Position numbers and translations under genes: made by a program | The notes under the pieces: model-generated | The model's database searches: none | What the model was told of the DNA's origin: nothing | The model's input: only the letters and a program-made list of their open reading frames with translations | Assembly: GCA_963842525.1 (NCBI GenBank) | Contig: CAWJGT010000023.1 | Coordinates: forward strand, 288,001-352,000 | Reading direction: 5' to 3' | Source of the DNA: an uncultured Holophagales bacterium | Lineage (GTDB): Bacteria > Acidobacteriota > Thermoanaerobaculia > Multivoradales > UBA5704 | Length of the DNA stretch: 64,000 bases | In this document: positions 45,534 to 56,176 of the stretch, piece by piece | Layout of the letters: every line of letters begins with the position of its first letter | Position numbering within the stretch: the first letter of the stretch is position 1

Positions 45534-47066
45534 CTACGTGCGGTGCCTCCAGAAACGGCGGAAACGACGATAAAGTTTACGCAACGGCCCAAGTTGCTGC
45601 CGTCCTTTCCATGTGTCAAGCGCGTCATCTCGCCTTGGAGCTCGCTGATAGAGGACCGGGGCCGCTAAACGGGCGAGGTTCGCTTGGCTAAGCACTCGGT
45701 AGCTCACATCCATTGCATCGGAGATGCCGCGACCGGCGACAAGCAACCTATAAAACGTTTGGCTAAATGCAGCAACCGCCACCTGATCGTCGACATAATG
45801 CTGGAGGGCGACTACAGATGGAATTCCAACTTTGACAAGCTGGTTAGCCACCCGCTGAACCGGCTCAAAATGCGCATCTTGCTTGAATTGCCCCGATAAG
45901 CAGGCGTCTAAAACCACCAAGCGGAGTGTCTGAAGGCCGCGTAGACTACTGGCGAGATCGGCACGCCAAGACCATGCTGCAGCACCGACCGATTCAATTT
46001 GGAGGTGTCGCACCCCGCGCGCGGAGCCCACCTCATTCGGACTACCATGGCCCACGAAATGGACGACTTCGTAACCACCCGAACGTAGGGCTTCTCTGAG
46101 TATTTCGGGTGTCGAAAGCTTGTGGGTAGTAAACTCGATTCCCTCGACTCTCTGGAGCGCCATGGTCATACTGGCGTGTTCCGATGGTACAAAGCAGGGG
46201 TGGCCCCATGCTACAGAATCTACAGAATCTACAGAATCATCCCCGACTTCCGAACAATTCACATAAAGGATACGCAAAGGATCTACACGCTTCGGATGCC
46301 TAGACCCTGCGATAACTTTATCGAGTAAGGCCCAAGCGTCCCAACGGCCAACAGACGGATCGTCCTGGCGTCGCAGAGTCGAAGCCCACCTTTCTAAGAT
46401 CTCCCGATGATTCTGGATCGCCAGAAGAGAGTTGCTGCGGAGGATTCGTTCGAGAACTTCGCCGACACCGCCATAGGTTGCCAACGACTCGACGAAGTCG
46501 CGAAAGAGACCCGCCCTGACCGCCGTTGCCAGTGCGCATCTTCGGTCCTGCTCGGAGCCAAACACCCGGTCCGGAATTTGCTCCCACGCCTCGTAGACTG
46601 AGACGATTTCTCCCTGGAGCGATCCCAATCGAAAGAGGAGTTGCTGGGACGGTTCGGATCGATGGGTGCAACAGGAGAGCGCTCCCGGCAGATCTCCATC
46701 GGCCGGAAGGGGATGAGAGTGGAGGACGCTTTCAACATATTCCAGGACCCCTGGAATCGCGAGCAGCTCCGTCAATTCTTCGGCCGCTTCCCGCCTTGTA
46801 TCGTGCGTCAGTTGAGGATCGAGGAGGATCAAGGCAATGTGGAAGGCGTCGGCTTTTGTGGTCGCGAGCTGCAGCTCACGGGCCACCTCCGGAAGCTCGA
46901 CATCCTCCAAGAATTGGAAATCCCTGGCATCTCCGAATAGGTATGGGATCTCGCGGTCCCGCCGGCGGACCACCTCATCCGTCTTGCCGGCGTGAAGCGA
47001 AGAGAATTTGTCTCCTTCGACGAGGAGAGCGACACCCACCTGTCCTGAGATCACAGCCTGCATCAC
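45534..47066 (-). CDS. CHAT (caspase-like) protease with an uncharacterised N-terminal domain
   Basis: VVHFVGHG and LVVLDACLSG catalytic His/Cys; GIPSVVALQ and FSQTFYRLL. Confidence 0.85.
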   Translation of the reverse strand: MMQAVISGQVGVALLVEGDKFSSLHAGKTDEVVRRRDREIPYLFGDARDFQFLEDVELPEVARELQLATTKADAFHIALILLDPQLTHDTRREAAEELTELLAIPGVLEYVESVLHSHPLPADGDLPGALSCCTHRSEPSQQLLFRLGSLQGEIVSVYEAWEQIPDRVFGSEQDRRCALATAVRAGLFRDFVESLATYGGVGEVLERILRSNSLLAIQNHREILERWASTLRRQDDPSVGRWDAWALLDKVIAGSRHPKRVDPLRILYVNCSEVGDDSVDSVDSVAWGHPCFVPSEHASMTMALQRVEGIEFTTHKLSTPEILREALRSGGYEVVHFVGHGSPNEVGSARGVRHLQIESVGAAAWSWRADLASSLRGLQTLRLVVLDACLSGQFKQDAHFEPVQRVANQLVKVGIPSVVALQHYVDDQVAVAAFSQTFYRLLVAGRGISDAMDVSYRVLSQANLARLAAPVLYQRAPRRDDALDTWKGRQQLGPLRKLYRRFRRFWRHRT

Positions 47067-47896
47067 CGATACTCCAACTCTAGCCCCATCTCCTCCATCC
47101 TCGTTCGGAGAGCCTTGCGAATTGCCTGCCGGGGCGGGCGGGCCCCGGTGGAAAGAACGGCGCGTTCAAAGGACCGGATGGACAGAGATCCCCAGATGTG
47201 CACTTCAACGAAACGGTCGTTCTCAGGATCGGCTCCCTGTTCCAAGAGTAAACCAGGGAAATCAGCCGGAGTCGTATCCTTGTGAATCCACTTGGTAAGC
47301 TTTGCGACACAGAGCTTGGCCCGCTCTCGCCACGGGGCGCGTTGCCCCGGAGGCAGCTTGTAACCGCGGTCGCGGAGGAACACAGCGGAGTTATCCTCAA
47401 ACACCGAAGCCCGGTGCGCGATCAGGTTCTCCCGGAGGACGAACGTGCAATCACCATAGCTCCGCAAGCCCATACCATCCAACGAAAGCGCCGCGAAACG
47501 GATCGGCTTCGCATAGAGAGGAAAAAGCTCCGCATCGGCCTTGACCCGTAGCCGGTCCCATTTGTCGCCGTAAGGCAGTTGAAGCCCGGCTTCGAGCCGT
47601 TGGTAAAAGCTTGAGTACAGTTGCCGATCCGAGGACGCCAAGCGTTCGACCTCAAGCAGCGGGCGATTGATGACCGCCTTCGAGGCGGTAATGGCGGCTT
47701 CGAAGCTCTCCAGGACATCGCGGCAACCCCGGCCAGCCGCGTCCTGAACTGCAGCCTGGTATCGACTATCCAGCGCTGCTGCCTCCAGTCGCGCTGCTTT
47801 GACATTCGGGACCTCGCCCGCTTGGTTGCAGTGCGGACAGTGCTCGACCTCCAGGGGGACATTATTCGCACAGAAACCGCAAGGGCTGGAGTCCAT
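47063..47896 (-). CDS. Zn-ribbon plus DUF3626-like protein
   Basis: CGFC..CPHC; IRFAALSL..SYGDCTFVL..RASVFEDNS..FVEVHIWG; stop overlaps the CHAT start. Confidence 0.65.
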   Translation of the reverse strand: MDSSPCGFCANNVPLEVEHCPHCNQAGEVPNVKAARLEAAALDSRYQAAVQDAAGRGCRDVLESFEAAITASKAVINRPLLEVERLASSDRQLYSSFYQRLEAGLQLPYGDKWDRLRVKADAELFPLYAKPIRFAALSLDGMGLRSYGDCTFVLRENLIAHRASVFEDNSAVFLRDRGYKLPPGQRAPWRERAKLCVAKLTKWIHKDTTPADFPGLLLEQGADPENDRFVEVHIWGSLSIRSFERAVLSTGARPPRQAIRKALRTRMEEMGLELEYR

Positions 47897-47917
47897 GATG
47901 GCTCATTGTAGAGCTTC

Positions 47918-48582
47918 TCAGCCCTGCCCTACTCGCCGTTGCTCCAACTCCCGCCGCAGCCGGGCCAACTCTTCCTCAGCGGCACGGCGTGCCGCAACCG
48001 CCTCCTCATACCGCAGGTACGGCTCGCCGGTCGCGGTGTCTACGACCCGGATCCGCTGCCCTTCCCGCCGGAGCGTCACGCCCGTGGTGCGGCTAATGAG
48101 CGAGCCGTCCGGCTCCGGGGCAACCTCTCGGTAGCGGCCGGATTCGAGCCGGAGGCCCTGGAGCGGCGGATCGAGGTATTCCTCGAAGGGATCAAAGAGG
48201 AAGTACTCCTCCACCCCGAGATCCGCGTAGGTCTTCCTCTTGCGGCCAAGGTCTTCGTCCCGGGTGTTGTCCGAGGTCACCTCGATTACCAGACAGGGCA
48301 CGCGGCCCTCTTCCTTCCAGAGCAGGTAGGTTCTGCGCGGCGGCTCTTTGGCCGCGCACGGCACGACGAAGAGGTCCGGCGCCACGACAGCGCGTGGGTT
48401 GCCCTGCTCGTAATAGAGGAAGAGGTTCCCAGCGACATACACATCCGGCTTCTCCCGAAAACGCTCTCGGAAGGCTTCGAGCAGGTACGTCATCTCCTGG
48501 ACGTGGAGAGCTCGGTTTCCGCCATCGGCTGGCCGTCGGACTCCGGATAGTCGACCGGACGCTGGAGAGGGATCGCGGCCAT
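47918..48582 (-). CDS. Uma2 family endonuclease; frameshift near 48510
   Basis: YPESDGQPMAE, VAPDLFVV, VIEVTS and GVEEYFLFDP. Confidence 0.92.
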
Positions 48583-48662
48583 GCGTGCCTTCCTTTCTCC
48601 GGTTGGTGCCCGAATCCCATCACAAGGACCGCCGGAACGCAACTCGCAGTATGATACCAGGC

Positions 48663-50559
<1,897 letters not shown>

Positions 50560-50643
50560 CGGAGGCTCCTCGGGCTCGGAGGGGGAAGACGAAAAAACCG
50601 CACCGGGGGTGGCGCGGCTTCGCAGGCAGAGGCGGAGATCTTC

Positions 50644-50730
50644 ATCGCTTCCCTACGCTGGCATGACCCAGGTCAGGTGATGAGGGTGGTCCCTGAAGGG
50701 ATCTCAGCCTTGCGGCCCCCCTAGCAGGGT
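50644..50730 (-). ncRNA. TPP riboswitch
   Basis: Minus strand GGGG..GGCTGAGA..ACCC..ACCTGACCTGGGTCATGCCAGCGTAGGGAAG upstream of thiC. Confidence 0.95.
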
Positions 50731-50732
50731 TC

Positions 50733-50760
50733 ATCCTACACCGGATGGGCAGGGAGTCAA
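50733..50760 (-). promoter_or_regulatory. Putative thiC sigma70 promoter
   Basis: Minus strand TTGACT-16 nt-TAGGAT immediately 5' of the riboswitch. Confidence 0.65.
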
Positions 50761-50866
50761 TGAGGCGCCGGAATCAGCACGGAACCAGCAGGAGCGGGTG
50801 GGTAGCGGTACACTCGTCGTCCGATCGAGGCACCGGCGGGCACCACCCCGTTGCCGGAAGCATTCC

Positions 50867-52120
50867 ATGGCCGAAGAGAGTGAGGAAACGCCGATGAAGG
50901 AGGTCTTCACCGACCCGGGTAGCGAGCTTTCGTTTGCCAGTGCTGGAGACTTGACACGGCAGCTCAGCGAAATGGACTCTTCCGTCCCAAGAAGAACGGA
51001 GGGACGGCGGTCGCATCACCGCGAGAGGTACTGCATCGTGCGCTACCTCACGGCTCTGGCTCGGTCGTCGCTGTTGAAGTTTCCCCTCCGGGTCGAGAAG
51101 TCGGAATCCCCGGACTTTCTTCTCCATCTGTCCGATGGAACTGTCGCTGGGATTGAGGTCACGGAAGCGGGAACAGAACGCTCGCAGCGTGCTGCAACCC
51201 AACTCGAGAAGAGCCCTCCCGGCTCTTTTCTGGAAGACGAAGATAAATTGAGGATGCCCGGTGAAGAGTTGCAAGGGCGGGTTTATGCAGGAAACGAGCC
51301 CGAGATCGAGCTGGCCAAGATCTTCCTCAAGGCAGTTATAGACAAAACCGGGGCGCTGAACCGGGGCCATTATACAGAAGCAGGCCGGTACGAGCTCCTG
51401 ATCTACGACAACAGCCATCTTGCCGTTCTCACCGATCTCGGAGGCCTGGCTCCCTTCTTGAAGCCTGCCTTGAACGAATGGCTCGCGCAAAGCCAGACGG
51501 AGAAAGCTTTCAGTGTGATCTCAGTATTGCGCGATTCTGAGCTGTTGTACGACTGCGCGGGAGCAAGCACTATCTTTGGGGTCGGTGACCTTCCCAACCT
51601 GCGGCTCACTCGTGGCGTCGTAGCCCCCGAGATTATCAAGGCAGCGGGACTGGCCTCCCAGAAGCTCCACGAGGCCAACATCCCCCATGCCCTCGCCGGA
51701 GGTCTTGCCGTGGGCGCCCATGGCTACCCGCGGACGACCGACGATGTGGACTTCCTGGTCGGCGATGAGGCGTTCGAGAAGCATGAGGGCGGCTTCGTGA
51801 CCCTGAAGGTACCCCTGATCGCCATCGGCAACGTCCGGATCGACTTCGTCTCGATCGATGAGTCGAAGGGCGAGGAACGACAGTTGCGTCCTGCAGTAGA
51901 GGAGCCGCCTCAAAGCAACGGAGTTCCGATCGTGCCGCTGCCTGCGCTGGTGTACATGAAGCTCAAGGCAGGAAGACAGAAGGACACCGCAGATCTGGTG
52001 GAGCTTCTGAAGCGTGGCAGAGTCGATCTCGAGGCGATGGATGAGTATCTCGAGGAGTATGCGCCGGAGCAGACCCGGCGCTGGCAAAGGGTCAAGGAAA
52101 TCGCAGCGCGAGAGGAGTAA
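50867..52120 (+). CDS. PD-(D/E)XK-like domain fused to a nucleotidyltransferase (DUF6036/AbiEii-like)
   Basis: ESPDFLL..GIEVTE; GGLAVGAHGYPRTTDDVDFLV and KLKAGRQKDTADL. Confidence 0.75.
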   Translation: MAEESEETPMKEVFTDPGSELSFASAGDLTRQLSEMDSSVPRRTEGRRSHHRERYCIVRYLTALARSSLLKFPLRVEKSESPDFLLHLSDGTVAGIEVTEAGTERSQRAATQLEKSPPGSFLEDEDKLRMPGEELQGRVYAGNEPEIELAKIFLKAVIDKTGALNRGHYTEAGRYELLIYDNSHLAVLTDLGGLAPFLKPALNEWLAQSQTEKAFSVISVLRDSELLYDCAGASTIFGVGDLPNLRLTRGVVAPEIIKAAGLASQKLHEANIPHALAGGLAVGAHGYPRTTDDVDFLVGDEAFEKHEGGFVTLKVPLIAIGNVRIDFVSIDESKGEERQLRPAVEEPPQSNGVPIVPLPALVYMKLKAGRQKDTADLVELLKRGRVDLEAMDEYLEEYAPEQTRRWQRVKEIAAREE

Positions 52121-52138
52121 GGCGCGCCCGACTAGACT

Positions 52139-52178
52139 TAGCAGGAGTTCATCCTACACCGATCAAGTGGGGAGTCAA
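52139..52178. repeat. Second copy of the thiC promoter region (direct repeat with 50722-50760)
   Basis: TAGCAGGAGTTCATCCTACACCG..GGGAGTCAA vs TAGCAGG-GTTCATCCTACACCG..GGGAGTCAA. Confidence 0.8.
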
Positions 52179-55100
52179 CGGACGGCAGGGGCAGGCATGG
52201 CGTGCCGGGATGGTGGAAGGAGGGGGCCTTCGTCGAGGCGGCGCCAGGCTTCCTGGATGAGGTCCTCGGGGCGCCAGAGCCAGCGCCGGACAGATGTCCC
52301 GACGATGCCCGCCAGCCATCTTCGGTCGGCCGAGAAGGCGAGGCCGGTCACGGAGGTCCCCGTGCTCGAAGTGGGAGACCTTGCGGCGGAGGACCAGGTC
52401 CCACACCTCGGTGGTCTCGTCCTCGAGAGCCGTGGCCGCGTACCTGCCCTGGGCATCCAGGGCGACACGAATCGGTTTCGCCGAATAGCTCGCAACCCAG
52501 GAGGGACAGGTCCCGCGTAGATTGCAGACCCACTGGGTCCCGTCGCGACGGGCTGCCACCAGGAGATCTCCTCGCGGGCTGAAGGCGTAGTGGCTGACCG
52601 TCGAACGCAGCGCGGCGACGATCGGCCGCGATCCGGCGTTGCGGATCACGACAAAGCCACCGTCAAAAGAGGCGGCGAGATGGCCTTCGTCGGCGCTCCA
52701 GGCGAGGCTGCGCAGCATGCCGCTCAGAGGAACGCGCTCGATCCGGGCCGCCTTCCCCCGCTCCAGGTCCAGGGACCAGATCTCCAGGGAGCGGCCGCGG
52801 TCCGGACCCATCATCGCGAGATACCTTCCCCGCGGGCTCATCTCGCCAGCGAGCATGCGGTGGTCTACCGGGATCTCCACGCGCGGACGCTCCTCGCCCG
52901 TCCTGCGGATTTCGATCCGCTCGCGCCCAAAGACGGCGAACAAGCGCTCCTGCCGGTCGAAGCTCACGTTGACGCTGAGCAGGGACGGTGCTGGGACCCT
53001 TCGCCCCGAAGGGATCTCCAGCATCCAGGAGTGTTCCCCAAAATCGCCTGCGAGGTACGCCCCCGTCGGGCTGAACGCGACATAGCCTTGCAGACCGCCG
53101 GAGAGGCGCTGGTCGAGGACCCGCTGCGCGGTCCGGATCTCCCAGACCTGGACACGATCGAGCATCGCCGCGGCGAAATATCTGCCGTCCTGGCTCATCG
53201 CGACCTTGCTGCCAGCGCTGCGTACCCCCAACGGTATGTCCTGCGGGCTCGGCGTCAGGTCCCAGACGTGGACCGCGTCCCTGCCGATCGTGCCGAAGGC
53301 CGCCAGGGAGTTGCCGTCCGCGCTGAATGCCAGGTCGCTACCGCCCCCTTGCAGGCGTGCGAGCTCCGCCCGGCTCGACAGATCCCAGAGCTGAACCCTG
53401 AACCGGTTCCCCGTCGCCAGCGTCTGGCCGTCGGGGCTGAAGGCGAGCGCCTCCGGCGCCTCGTCTCTCATCGGCAGGCGTGCGAGCTCGTGTTTACCGA
53501 GGACATCCCAGACGACGACCTCGTTGTCGGGCCCCGGACCCCGATCGACCAGGGCCGCGGCGAGGTGGTACGCATCGGGGCTCAGGGCGACGACCTCGAC
53601 GGCCTGGGACCACGTGCTCAGCCCCTTCGTCCGCGCTGTGAAGCGCGCGGTTTCTTTTCCGAGGTCGGTGTCGAAGAGGCGGACCTCCTCCGCTTCCCGG
53701 GTGGAGATCGCGATTGCGATCGAACGGCCGGCCATGGCCTGAGCCCTCTCGCGGCGTTGCTCTGGACGGTCCGTAAGGAGCAGACGGGAGGGTGGCTCCT
53801 GCGCCTCGGCAAGGTTCCAGATCTGGACCTCCCGCGCCTCCCGGTCTACGGCGAGGAATCGATTTCCCCCCGCGCTGAATGTGGCCGTATCTCCTTTGTA
53901 GGAGCCAAGCCTTCGGCAGTGCGGGTCCGGCGTCTCCCAGCCGTCGCAGATCCAGAGGGAGCCGTCGTGCCCAGCCAGCGCGAGGCGCCCTTGATGGAAG
54001 GCCATGGCTCGGCATCCCGTCGCCGTTGGATCGGGCAGGCTTCCGGCCCTGTGCAGCTTGCCGGCCAAGCTCCAGACTTCGATCCCCTGGTCATAGAGGG
54101 CGACGAGCCGTCCGTCCGGGCTGAACGCCATGGCCTTGGCCTCGAGACCCGAGGGAGCCCTGATCTTGGCCCTGAGGGGACGCACCAGTTCCATGCCCTT
54201 GCGGAGGGTGCGGTCGGCCTGGAGAGAGGCTGTTCCCAGGTCGGCGAGCCGGCGTAGCGACTCTGCCGCCAGTCGGACACTCTCATGCAGCGAGTCGAGG
54301 TCCCTGGTGCGGAGTGCTTCGGCGCGATTTGCCAGACCGAAGGCCTCAGCAAGGCGCTGCTGATGGACAGCCTCGACTCGGGCGCGGCCGGCATCGCGCA
54401 AGGCGGAGTCCCGGGCACCGCGGGCAGTTTCAGCCTCTTTCTTGAAGAGTTGGGAGTCCTTTAGTGCCTTCTCCCGTTCGCGACGCGCGTCTTCTGCCCT
54501 CCGCGCGGCGATCTTTGCACCCATCCGGGCCCACTTCTGCTCGAACTCGGTAGCCTCCCGGCGCTCCTCGGCCCCGCGGACCCGGAAAAGGGAATAGAGA
54601 GTTGCGACCACAATGATGGTTACAACCGCTCCGGTCACCCACGCGAGCACCTGACGCAGGCGACGGCTGCGGCTGACGAAGTCCTCGGCGCCGACAACCC
54701 GCTGGACGACCGCGTCTGAGACCACCCCTTCTTTCAGTGCAGAGAGTGGCTCCCTCTCCTCCGTGATTCCGCCGACGAGGTCGCGCCAGACCGCCACCTG
54801 GAGCGCCCCTTCGAAGTCGATGGGGATTGCCTGCCTTTCCAGCGGGTTGAACGCCACAATCTCTTTACGGACGTTCTCCGAGGCCGCCGCCGCGGGACCC
54901 GCAACGACGACGAGCATTGAGCTGTTCCTCGCCTGAGATAGGACCCTCGGAGAGACCGTGGTCCCAGGCGGTGAGCCGAGCCGGTCGTAGTAGCAAACGA
55001 GGCCTTCGCGGGCGAGCCTGCGGACGAGGGCCTCCGGATAGAGGGTTCCGTCTCTTCGACCGTAGGAGACGAAGACATCGTTGCCGAGAAGGAACCGGTA

Positions 55101-55187
55101 TAGTTTCCCATAGAGCTTGCCCATGGCCTCGTGCCAGGGCAGCCAGAGGAACACCCGGCGCAGGGCTCTCCGCAAGATGGCATCCAT
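52175..55187 (-). CDS. TIR-TM-coiled coil-WD40 repeat protein; frameshift near 52355
   Basis: DVFVSYGRRD..SENVRKEI TIR; one TM helix; many AFSPDG-type repeats; true C-terminus lies in the frame of ORF 52175..52495. Confidence 0.85.
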
Positions 55188-55329
55188 GGATGCGAGGAAT
55201 TCTAATCCCGCTGAGAACGCAGCTCACACCGAAGCCGCTTCAGATCGGCTCCATGGTCAAAGAGTCGGGCAAAAAGACATGTCTTCCCAAGATCTCGAAG
55301 AGCGGCTAGACTCGTATTCCGGAGGTTGT

Positions 55330-55890
55330 ATGGCTGAGCCCCTCAAGCGGCTGTTCACGCGCGACGAGTACTACGCGATGGCGGAGGCCGGGATCCTGAA
55401 GCCGGAGGATCGGTTTGAGCTCATCGAAGGAGAGATCTACTGCATGCCTCCGATCGGCAATCCCCATGCAGGTTGTGTCAATCGGCTGGTCCGCCAGTTC
55501 TCCGTCCTGACGGTGGCAGATCGAGCCGTGTTGTCTCCCCAGAATCCGGTCAACCTGACGGACATCTCGGAGCCGCAGCCTGACATCACGGTGCTCCGCC
55601 CTCGCGCGGACTTCTACGGCGAGGGCCATCCGACCCCGGAGGATGTGCTCCTTCTCGTCGAGGTGGCGGACAGCAGCCTCGGGTTCGATCGAAATACCAA
55701 GATCCCCCTGTACGCCCGGTGCGGCATCCCCGAGGCTTGGCTGGTCGATCTGGTCAAGGAGATCCTCGAGGTCTACCGCGATCCCTCGCGAGACGGCTAC
55801 CGGAGCGTCCAGCGGCTCCGCAGGGGGGACCGGATCGCGCCGCTGGCGTTCCCGGATTTCGAGATCACCGTCGAGTCCATCCTCCCCTGA
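55330..55890 (+). CDS. Uma2 family endonuclease
   Basis: ELIEGEI, SEPQPDI, LVEVADSS and GIPEAWLVD. Confidence 0.93.
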   Translation: MAEPLKRLFTRDEYYAMAEAGILKPEDRFELIEGEIYCMPPIGNPHAGCVNRLVRQFSVLTVADRAVLSPQNPVNLTDISEPQPDITVLRPRADFYGEGHPTPEDVLLLVEVADSSLGFDRNTKIPLYARCGIPEAWLVDLVKEILEVYRDPSRDGYRSVQRLRRGDRIAPLAFPDFEITVESILP

Positions 55891-55906
55891 CCCATATACT
55901 CGCCTT

Positions 55907-56080
55907 ATGGCGAGCCCCCGCGACCTGCAGTCCCTTCGCGAAGCCATCGAAGTTGTCGACCCGCGAGATCCTGGCTCAGCTCCGTCGCCGGATGGACCTC
56001 GTCGAGGAGGTGGTCGGCGCCAAGCTCGATGCGGCTTCTCCCTTCCGCGATCCGGTCCGCGAGGAGGCTCGAACGGTTTT
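55907..56080 (+). pseudogene. 5' fragment of a chorismate mutase (AroQ-type) domain, ending at a REP
   Basis: LQSLREAIEVVD/REILAQLRRRMDLVEEVVGAK..FRDPVREE matches the CM_2 pattern LR..ID..D..I..LL..R......G..K....D..RE. Confidence 0.7.
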
Positions 56081-56081
56081 T

Positions 56082-56133
56082 CTCCCCTCTCCCGGTGGAA
56101 GGGAGTGCGGATGGGAGAGGGGCCGGGGGTGCG
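56082..56133. repeat. REP-like palindromic element
   Basis: CTCCCCTCTCCCGGTGGAAGGGAGTGCGGATGGGAGAGGGGCCGGGGGTGCGG, near-identical to 43021-43076. Confidence 0.85.
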
Positions 56134-56176
56134 GCCCGTATTTGGTACAGTTCGCCCCGCCCCCGGAGGTGCCATC

